64,000 bases of DNA, taken from positions 29,512,001 through 29,576,000 of the forward strand of contig NC_043000.1 of the NCBI RefSeq assembly GCF_006345805.1, in the 5' to 3' direction. The stretch is from Octopus sinensis (taxonomy: Eukaryota). Under the pieces are notes generated by a model. The model saw nothing but the letters and a program-made list of their open reading frames with translations. It made no database searches and was not told the DNA's origin. The position numbers and the translations under genes were made by a program. Positions within the stretch are counted from its first letter, which is position 1. Each line of letters starts with the position of its first letter. Below are positions 54,310 through 64,000 of this stretch, one piece after another.

Positions 54310-54575
54310 TGTTCCTTTTTGTGCCATGCCTGGCTTATAAGGGCTGGTTTCTCGGTTTCATTGGCGTATAGGTTCTCCACCTGGACAGGACGCCGGTGAG
54401 CTGCAAGATGCAGGAAGAAAGAATGAGAGAAAGTTGTGGCGAAAGATTCAGCAGAGGTTCGCCATTACCTTCTGCCGGAATCGCTTAGAGCTTAGGTATA
54501 TCGCTCATAAACACACACACATCACCCGGTCTGAGATTCGAACCCACTACTCTAACCACTAGGCAATGTGCCTCC
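54310..54575 (-). mobile_element. SINE, same family as 59354-59652
   Basis: Colinear reverse-complement homology with a partly deleted head. Confidence 0.75.
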
Positions 54576-54757
54576 TTTATTTGCTAGCTATCTGGTAATT
54601 ATGACACTTTTTCTACGGGTGGACATAATTTTAATGAATGAAAATTTATATCGCATGGTATTTGATATAACTCTATCTTTCACTCTCACTCTCTTTCCAC
54701 CTCACTCACTCTATTTCCTTCTCACTCCCACTACCATTCTCTCCCACTTTCACTCAC

Positions 54758-54825
<68 letters not shown>

Positions 54826-54894
54826 CGCACACATACACATATACAGCCAGAGACGGATAGATAGATTCATAGAAAAATACTTGTACATATAGAC

Positions 54895-54933
<39 letters not shown>

Positions 54934-55160
54934 TGTGTGTGTTTGTGTATCTGTGTTTGTCCCCAACATCGCTTGACAACCGATGCTGGTATTTTTACGT
55001 CCCCGTAACTTATCAGTTCGGCAAAAGTGACCAATAGAATAAGTACTTGGTTCACAAAGAATAAGTCCTGGGGTCGATTTGTTCGATTAAAAGTGGTGCT
55101 CCAGCATGGTCGCAATCAAATGATTGAAACAAGTAAATTATGTATACACACGCACACACA

Positions 55161-55222
<62 letters not shown>

Positions 55223-56644
55223 CATATATACATACACACATATGTGTATGTATATATTTTAAGCCGAACTGCTAAGTTACAGGAACGCAAACAAACCGAC
55301 ACATATTGTCAAGCTGGTTGGGGGCAAACGCAGACACAATGATACATGCAGACATATGACCGGCTTCCACACAGTTTTCGTCTACCAAATTCATTCCCAA
55401 GGCATTCGTCAGCTCTTGCTCAAAGTGCCGCGCAGGGGAACTGAGATCCCAAACCACGTGGTTTCAAAGCACGATTGTTAACCTCACAGTTATGCGCGTG
55501 CCTATACAGGGTTGTGGGTTTTCGTCTGCCGTTACGTTCTGAGATCAAAATCCGCCGAGGTAGACTTTACCTTTCATCCTTTCGGGGTCGATTAAATAAG
55601 TACCAGTTACACACTGTCTGTCTTTGTTTGTTCCCTCTATGTTTAGCCCCTTGTGGGCAATAAAGAAATATATACAGGGGTGTGGGTGAGGGAACGTAAG
55701 TACACAGTTGCTTAATATAAGTGGAATGTCATTTTCATTTCTCGATTTTCTTTTTAGGCTAAGAATTCTATAATTCTAAGTGATTCATACATCGACTAAG
55801 GGATCTCCAGGAAATTTCTATTTCATTGGAGGCCCTCTTTTTTGTTTTTTCAATTTCTGGGGTCTTTGAGTGAATGCTTATGTTACAAGAATTTCATTTT
55901 GTTCGGTGGTAACACTCAACGACCGACCACTTTTCTGTTCATTGGAGACGGAACCCAGTCTGCTCAAATTTGTCACTTGTTCTGTAAACTGTAAATCTTG
56001 ACGGAGCTGGTCTTTGAAATTCTTCAGTCCATTTCCGGCTAACTATTTCTGCATTCTCTGTTTTCTGGTACCGCCTGATGATCCACTTTCGTTTATCGTT
56101 CATCATATTTCCAGCCACGTGATAAATATCTGAAATTAGGAAGAATTATATCACTATAGAAACAGTTAGTTGAAGGGAACATGGAGTCATAACATTCTTG
56201 ACAAAAGACAAAAAAAACACAAAAAGTAAAAAGGAAACAGAGAAATGGAAAAGAAGGTTCCACTCATATTAAACTATTATCTAACATAGTTTTATCCATC
56301 CCTACGTATAACAAATTTTATTGCACAGATGTAACTTTGAAAACACCTGTCCTGGTCCATTTAAGCAACGCGAAGCCTGGGTTGTACTTAGACGGAGACC
56401 GCTTGAGAGAACACGGCACTGTAAGCAGTTTTTTTTTTAAAGCAACTATAGCTGTGTAGCTGTTAAGTTCACTTTGCAGTGATTTCGGGTTCGGTCCCAC
56501 CTCGCGGTAACTTCTTCTATTGTCCCGGTTTGACCTATGTTTGAATTATGCTTTGTGAATAAATTTGGCAAACGAGCGTCTGGCGTAGTCTGGCGCGGGC
56601 TACTAACCCAAGATTCCGCGTTCGATTCTAGGCATTGACCTGTA

Positions 56645-56734
56645 TAATAATAATAATAACAATAATAATAATATTAATAATAATAATAACAATAATAATA
56701 ATATTAATAATAATAATAACAATAATAATAATAT
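56645..56734. repeat. (TAA)n with a 30-bp higher-order unit, about 3 copies
   Basis: AATAATAATAATAACAATAATAATAATATT repeated. Confidence 0.9.
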
Positions 56735-56804
56735 CAAAAAATACCTTACTAATGAGAAGCCAGGGGCTAAACATAGAGGCGACAAACAAGTCGATTACAT
56801 TATT

Positions 56805-57215
56805 TCATTACTACCCACAAGGGGCTAAACACAGAGAGTACAAACAAGGACAGACAAACGGATTAAGGCGATTATATCGACCCCAGTGCGTAACTGGAAC
56901 TTATTTAATCGACCCCGAAAGGATGAAAAGCAAAGTCGACCTCGGCGGAATTTGAACTCAGAACGTAGCGGCAGACGAAATACCTATTTCTTTACTACCC
57001 ACAAGGGGCTAAACACAGAGGGGACAAACAAGGACATACAATCGGATTAAGTCAATTACATCGACCCCCGTGCGTGACTGGTACTTAATTTATCGACCCT
57101 GAAAGGATGAAAGGCAAAGTCGACCTCGGCGGAATTTGAACTCAGAAGGTAATAGCAGACGAAATACGGCTACGCATTTCGCCCGGCGTGCTAACGATTC
57201 TGCCAGCTCGTCACC
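56805..57215 (-). mobile_element. SINE family 2 tandem multimer
   Basis: Full unit plus a second unit with the same junction as 50880, plus a further partial unit. Confidence 0.82.
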
Positions 57216-57661
57216 TCAAATGAATAATATTGATACAAAATAAATGAATAAATGAATAAATAAATAAATAAATAAATAAATAAAATTTTGTAAATCGATA
57301 TTTGTGGATGATCTCACGTGAGCGCTGCTGAGTATTGATTGTTATGTTCGTAGTAATGTTTTGGTGTTGATTTGTTGATTAAGTTCTTTAAATTCCCGTG
57401 AAACGCACGAGTGTTTATCAACTTAGATTTAACGTGAATCTTTCCACGAACCACCTTTTGCATCTTGTATAAACAACATTAAGTCGATGTGAGTCACCTT
57501 ATCTACTAGATCAGTGGTTCTCAACCATTTTTTGTCTATAGATGCCTTCAGTTACTATTTTATTACATTATTTACATTATTTACATATGTCGTCAGTCGT
57601 CTGGAGACTGAAGAGATAGAGAGATAGACTGACAGACAGACAGACAGACAGATAGACAGAC

Positions 57662-57692
<31 letters not shown>

Positions 57693-57699
57693 TAGATAT

Positions 57700-57842
57700 T
57701 ATTTACATTATTTACATTTCACGGATATTTATCCTCATCTTGTTTGTTGTTAACACAACGTTTCGGCTGATATTTCCTCCAGCCTTCATCAGGTGTCTTG
57801 GGGAAATTTCGAACCTGGGTTCTCATTCCTAAAGTATTTTTC
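57700..57842 (-). mobile_element. Penelope-type 3' terminal fragment beside (TAA/CAA)n
   Basis: Same family as 4149-4281; its start is also seen truncated at about 56737-56763. Confidence 0.75.
57753..57796 (-). ncRNA. Minimal hammerhead ribozyme, canonical core
   Basis: Minus strand ACAC-CTGATGA-A-GGCTG(GAGGAAATAT)CAGCC-GAAA-CG-TT-GTGT; palindromic AACGTT. Confidence 0.82.
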
Positions 57843-57900
57843 GATGTTGTTGTGGTTGTTGTTGTTGTAATTATTATTATTATTACTATTATTATTATTA

Positions 57901-57967
<67 letters not shown>

Positions 57968-57971
<4 letters not shown>

Positions 57972-58216
57972 TAGTTTTATTTTTATAGCGTGCTTTCACT
58001 TCACTACCGAGCGCAGCTCTGTGTGCCTTGGGTATGTGCTGTGATTTGTTGTGATGCTCTGATGGTTATTGTATGGAAAGTGTTCTGCGTAGGATGTGTG
58101 CAGTGCCTAGTAGTGCAATTTTCTGTATGTTATATGTGTTTGTAAGTATTGCTGTATCCAAGTCTATATCTCTATTATTTTCCTTCCATATTTTATATGT
58201 ATGTGTTGTTGTATTT

Positions 58217-58220
<4 letters not shown>
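57968..58220 (-). mobile_element. Third R4/Dong-clade 3' fragment
   Basis: NIQKIALLGTAHILRRTLSIQ* plus 3' UTR, embedded in (TAA)n. Confidence 0.8.
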
Positions 58221-58292
<72 letters not shown>

Positions 58293-58497
58293 TACTGGAT
58301 CTCCATAGCCATATATGGAAAAAATACATTTTACTGTATTTTTATAATTAAATATTTGTACTTGTATAAAAAAGTTAAAACATTTTGTGTATTGAAGAAG
58401 TGTAGCCAATTTATTGTACGTAAATTTTCATAATAAAATCTTAAATTGACGCCCACGGGCCATATGGACCCCAGTCGACAACCCCTGTACTGTATAA

Positions 58498-59351
58498 TGT
58501 TTGGCCATGTTGCGCTATTGTCCGGATTACACTCTGCTTACCGTGTTTCCTTCCCTGAGGGGCCGGCTTTGCTGACGGCTCCTGTTGATCGACCACATGG
58601 CCACGGCAGATAAGGGGTATATCGCGGAATTGGGGAATAACTAGGACTCCGCTCAACTGGTCACCCGGAGGTACCCGAGTATTTACCGAGAAATAGTGAA
58701 TACAGTAAGGCGCTGCAACGGCGCATGCTCCCACAGCTGACCTCACAAGAGCCTCATATATACCAGCTATATTCAAATTCCGCCGAGTTCGAATTTGCCT
58801 TTCATCCTTTCGGGGTCGATAAATTAAGTACCAGTTACGCACTGGGGTCGATGTAATCGGCTTAATCCGTTTGTCTGTCCTTGTTTGTCCCCTCTGTGTT
58901 TAGCCCCTTGTGGGTAGTAAAGAAATATATACCAGCCATATTTTGGTGTGGTCTAGATTAAATTGATTAAATACGGTTGCAGTGAGAACATTTCAGTAAT
59001 AAATTGAGAATGAGAGGAATAAATATGTTTGAGGATTAAATATTGTTGGAGAGAGAGTCACGACACCCCCCTGCGAGAATAGACTTGTCCGAACGACTAT
59101 AAATTAAAGGGGTCTGAATGAGACAGAGAATAAGTGTTAATCGCAGGAAGCCGTAAGGTGTCATTTTGGTAGCTTGTCGGAACATCGTTTGTAGGTTCGT
59201 GTATAGCTCGGGAGAGTTTGTTAGATTGTTAAGTTCTTGTTACCTTACTTCGATATATATTTTATTCTTACGACACGGTTATAATTTAAACGAGTATCAC
59301 TCATAAACAGTGGCGATACTACAATAATTGGCGACTAGTAACTACGTTACA
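58498..59351. mobile_element. Possible solo LTR interrupted by a SINE
   Basis: TG...CA termini; ATAA on both sides once the adjoining SINE is removed; internal TATAAA and AATAAA. The SINE at 58772-58927 is flanked by TATATACCAGC duplications. Confidence 0.35.
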
Positions 59352-59353
59352 AG

Positions 59354-59652
59354 TGGATGCACATGGCCTAGTGGTTAGGGCAGCGGACTCGCGGTCGAGG
59401 GATCGCGGGTTCGAATCTCAGACCGGGCGATGTGTGTGTTTATGAGCAAAACACATAAGCTCCACGCAGCTCCGGTAGAAGGTAATGGCGAACTTCTGCT
59501 GACTCTTTCACCACAACTTTCTCTCACTCTTTCTTTTTGCATCTTGCAGCTCACCTGCGACGGACCGGCGTCCCGCCCAGATGGGGAACCTATACGCCAA
59601 GGAAACCGGGAAACCGGTCCTAATGAGCTAGGCGTGGCTTGAGAAAGAACAA
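59354..59652 (+). mobile_element. Full-length tRNA-derived SINE with TSD
   Basis: A box TGGCCTAGTGG and B box GGTTCGAATC, body continuing well beyond tRNA length, flanked by AACTA(C/T)GTTACAA duplication. Same family on - at about 54310-54575. Confidence 0.82.
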
Positions 59653-60295
59653 ACTATGTTACAATAAATATGTTGAGATAATGAAATACACGTTATATTT
59701 AACTAGTTACACTTTATAATCATCTATATGGAAACCTGAGAGTATAAATCTAAAATTATTAGTCACGTATGACGTTGTAATACCATGATACTTGCTCACA
59801 GACTTCACAACGATTTAACCAGCAAATATTAAAGCTTTTGGCCGAAAACAAGTCTAGCTATTGAAGCAGCGGGTTAAGAACCTTAAATACTCCAACTTGT
59901 GTGTAATTCTTTCAGTGAGACCAATTACAGTTGTTTTCTGTTGTTCAATGTTATTCAAATATTTCTGAGCACATCCTTAAGGCCCATGATGTTTCTCAGT
60001 TCGGGTCAAATATTTAGTAGGTGATTTACTTAAACGGCGATGTTTTAATTTTAGTTGTCAATTTTGGGTGTAACGTAGTTTTATTGCTGCCGCCAGACTA
60101 TGGAAACTGAAACAGCTTTATCTCGTATTTCAGTTTAATAATGATATCAACTGATAACAGCAGCCACCAGGATTATTTACAACCATGTCTAGCTGAGAAA
60201 TATGTACGGAAAAAGCTAATGGGAATGCAGCAGTGACATCCGGGATATCCTGTTCATATCTTTACAGAGTTAATTACGATGTCAACTTGATATCT

Positions 60296-60309
60296 GTTGC
60301 TATGACAAC
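60296..60309. promoter_or_regulatory. Candidate RFX X-box
   Basis: GTTGCTATGACAAC fits GTNRCY-AT-GRYAAC, in non-repetitive sequence. Confidence 0.35.
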
Positions 60310-61034
60310 CTGACAATCAATGCTGAGATAATTGATGAAGCATGATATAGTTAGAGTGAAGCGCTCTGCAGTTTTAGTATTTGTCAATGTAAAAAGAAGC
60401 GGCCATGCTTGAAGTTGCCTGTGTAGTTATAGTAACGAAAAGCTACTGTTAAAACAATCTGTGCTGCTGAGTGAACATATATGAAAAATAGATATTTTAT
60501 CTCTTTTAAGATCAATATTAGTAATATAACTCAAAGACTGGTAGTAGGTCAGTAACCAGTTTGGTAACATCGCCACAGTGTAGTCTTCTAAGCCTTTAGC
60601 CATATTGATAGACTGATGTTTTCCTGCAGATTGACTGATGGGAATTCGTGATAAACATTGCCATACTTCAATAACTTTGTCGGTATTAAATGGCTTATCT
60701 GATAAATCTCTTCAACGGAATAAATAGGGAAGAATAGACAGAAGTAGTTCTCGATACTTAAAGTTAGCAGATCATCGAGTGTTAAATACATATACACACA
60801 TACATAAGTAGATACTTAAATACACACATATGTAAATACATGCACACACACATACATATATGTATGTATGTATGTATGTTGGTTTTGTTGGTTTTGAACG
60901 AACGATGGAACTCGAGGTAAATAAATATATGAATATTAGCGTACAAATATCGGGGTAAAACCCGTTTTGATAGAAAATTCCGAAGCTACCCGTGGGACAC
61001 ATTTTCTCTTTCCCTCTCTCTCGCTAAATATATG

Positions 61035-61067
<33 letters not shown>

Positions 61068-61084
61068 ATACTCTCTTTTACTCT

Positions 61085-61262
61085 TTTACTTGTTTCAGTC
61101 ATTTGACTGCGGCCATGCTGGAGCACAGCCTTTAGTCGAGCAAATCGACCCCAGGACTTATTCTTCGTAAGCCTAGTACTTATTCTATCGGTCCCTTTTG
61201 CTGAATCGCTAAGTTACGGGGACGTAAATACACCATCATCGGTTGTCAAGTGATGCTGGGGA

Positions 61263-61314
<52 letters not shown>

Positions 61315-61440
61315 CGACTAATAAATGAAAGGGTTTGGTCGCCCCGAAGCTATAGTAGAAAGCACTTGGCCAAGGCGCCACGCAGTAGGACAGAACCCAG
61401 AACCATGTGGCTGGTAAGCAAGATACTAACCACAGCCACA
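61085..61440 (-). mobile_element. SINE family 1 copy
   Basis: Reverse-complement homology. Many further partial copies occur throughout the window (e.g. 54900-55135, 63830-63975 and every array unit). Confidence 0.82.
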
Positions 61441-62160
61441 GAGTGAGATATATATATATATAAATAATATGACTAAGAGAGAATAGAGAGATATATTTCT
61501 AAATTTCTCAATGCGTTAGTTCATTATCAGGTGTTACACACACACACGTACATATACACAAGCATATAGATGAAGCTAGAGAAATACATACACACAAATA
61601 TACACACAAATTCTTAAATTAATTCGTTAATTATTCATCTTAATTAGATAATTATATACACAATGATGTATATATGTGAGTGTGAGAGAGTGTGTAAATA
61701 TATTGGGTACTCGGTATAAATTTAACGATTATTTATGTCGCCCTTTTTGTTAAGGAGCAGCTTGATGTATTGGTGAACAGGCAACAGCGTTGGAGAGCAT
61801 GAAAATTACAGTTGTAATTAAGGAAAGTTCGCTGACAGTGGAAGCCATCTGAATATTGAAAAAGAGTGACCTGCATCATAATGATTCGCGCTGGTATCAA
61901 AGTACCAGCATCAGTAAAATACGTTCACTTGCAAGTAAGGACAATTTAGGCTACAATTAGAAAAAAGTACATGTATTTAACCACACACACACACACACAC
62001 ACACACTAACACGCACTCTCACTCATGCATATATGCATAGACATACATAATAGCATATATATGTGTTCATTAGAATATACATATATATTTATGTACACGC
62101 ACACGTATACGTATACAGGTACGAATATAAACATATATATATATACATATATATATATAG

Positions 62161-62191
<31 letters not shown>

Positions 62192-62237
62192 GTGTGTAAG
62201 TTTGTATATACGGTATATTGTATGTAAGTATATTATG

Positions 62238-62301
<64 letters not shown>

Positions 62302-62439
62302 ATAAAATTAGTGTACATTTAAAACACAAGAACCGACCCTTAATAGGGTTAGGAGGAGCAGTCAAAACGTCCAAAACCACGTTTAGGAGCAATTTCGAAG
62401 GGGGTGAAAAATAAAAACTTTTACCATGTTTTTCTACCT

Positions 62440-62485
<46 letters not shown>

Positions 62486-62913
62486 GGCAAAATTAATAGA
62501 TATATATTACATTATATATTAATGTATATTAAAAACACCACCTTTGCTAAAAATAACAGTCAAAACACCCCCGAAGCCATAAAAGAGAACATCATATTTT
62601 CACAGACATGGTTGGAAAAAAATTAAGTGAAACAATGATTGCGTCTTACTTCTACGAAATTGCAAGAAGGAATGACAGTTAACTTCATATTTCGAATTTA
62701 ATGCCAAAAACATGCTTGATTCCCTTCAGTCAAGTCTCCTAGTAACAAACTGTTATATATCACTTCAACCAATGCCTGTGTTCGTTTCAGTGTCCAAGCT
62801 GCTCTGAGAAAAACTGATCAAGTTGAGGATAAAGTCATTAAAGTTAATGAATTATATCAATGGCCAGCATAAAAAACCTTTTAGGTAAAATACATTTATA
62901 GAGATAAATAACT

Positions 62914-63439
62914 GTATAGGGTACAATTATACTTAAGGCTACAAAACCTAATATGCCTATATGCTAAAAGAACACGCCGAATGTGTCCAACCATTTAAAA
63001 TATTCACTCGACAGTTGATTACACAAGTTGAAAGCGAGGAAAGCAGACTGGCTAAAAATTCTTAAAATAATTCATTTAGTTTCGGATTGGTCAATTTTTG
63101 GATTAGTTTAGGAACTTTTCCTTCATCAGCAAAACACACTGGACAAAATAAATGAAAATATTTATACATACTCTCAGAAAAACATACGCAAAATGCGAGT
63201 AATTATAAATAACCACAAATATATACGCATGATGACGGAAAAGTTACTTAACCAATCCAGAAATTGATCAAATCAGAACTGAATTATTTTATGAATTTTT
63301 AGCCAGTCTGCTTTCCCGCTTTCATCTTGTGTAATTATTTGTGGAGTGAATATTGGAAGTGATAGGACGTATTCGGCGTGTTCTTTCAGCATAGAGGCAT
63401 AATAGCTTTTGTGTCCTTAAGTATAATTTTACCCTATAC
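62914..63439. repeat. Long inverted repeat (arms about 62914-63128 and 63230-63439)
   Basis: Arms of about 210 bp are colinear reverse complements (gtatagggta..cttaagg..gaacacgccgaat..aaagcagactggctaaaaattc); outer ends TATA-GGG...CCC-TATA. Confidence 0.9.
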
Positions 63440-63450
63440 AATTATCTCAC

Positions 63451-63490
<40 letters not shown>

Positions 63491-63625
63491 CATATATATA
63501 TATATATATATATAGTAAAAGCAATTAAGATTCAAGTCAATTCTATTGAATTCACTTGAATGCGGTACTTAACTTAGATGCACCAGAAAAACTATATGGT
63601 ATTAACCATACAATAATGTGGGGTG

Positions 63626-63668
<43 letters not shown>

Positions 63669-64000
63669 ATACACATGCATATATGGGTACAAGATGTCAC
63701 CAGCAGTGCAAATCACGTGAGATACGTAAACATCTAGAAAAAATGGAGAACAAGACAAGTAAACAGAGAAAGGACCCTTCATCAATTGTCGGCTGCCTAT
63801 CTACTCCTCATTTCGAGCATTCAACGACACGGGCTTCATTCAGTTTCCATCTACCATATCCACTCACAAGGTTTCGGTCGACTCGAGGTTATCGTTGAAA
63901 ATACTTACCCAAGGTGCCACACAGTGGGACTGATCCCGGAACCGTGTGGTTGGGAAGCAAGCTTCTTGCTACACACACGCGCACGCACACACACACACAC

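Larger units (their letters stand above)
57512..58487. mobile_element. hAT-type MITE split by nested insertions (halves about 57512-57562 and 58290-58487)
   Basis: TIRs CAGTGGTTCTCAAC / GTCGACAACCCCTG; flanking 8-mers TACTAGAT and TACTGTAT match at 6 of 8 positions, consistent with an 8-bp TSD. Confidence 0.65.

Noticed and set aside
58441-58842. 133-aa minus-strand ORF in a GC-richer segment
   Set aside because: It spans a SINE, a putative LTR and a MITE end; no recognisable motifs.
59356-59430. tRNA-Arg-like sequence as a genuine tRNA gene
   Set aside because: No proper acceptor stem or terminator; it continues into a SINE body bounded by a TSD.

Overview
Eukaryotic, AT-rich, microsatellite-saturated DNA with one 100-N scaffold gap (777-876). 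The SINE repertoire and simple-repeat load best fit a coleoid cephalopod (Octopus); this is recognition from memory, not a search result. No host protein-coding gene can be supported: almost all ORF-track entries are translated microsatellites, SINEs or tRNAs. (1) About 2.4-37.4 kb is a segmentally duplicated array carrying 23 copies of an 83-nt tRNA-Leu(UAA) gene: 15 on + (14 essentially intact) and 8 on - (1 intact, 7 decayed), mostly as convergent pairs. The copies share a fixed-position upstream element (-39..-20) and flanking SINE heads. (2) A young 5'-truncated Penelope-like retroelement (RT plus GIY-YIG) is inserted into a (TA)n tract of one array unit, with empty sites visible in paralogous units. 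Its 3' end carries a minimal hammerhead ribozyme with a compensatory U3-A8 core; four more hammerhead or part-hammerhead motifs occur in other Penelope-type remnants. (3) About 37.5-64 kb is microsatellite plus TE debris: R4/Dong-type LINE ends in (TAA)n tracts, hAT and Tc1/pogo-like MITEs, a long inverted repeat, a possible solo LTR, several SINE families, and a palindrome with a nearby inverted-spacer homolog beside a tRNA-Gly remnant. TE boundaries are approximate; tRNA and ribozyme coordinates were counted base by base.
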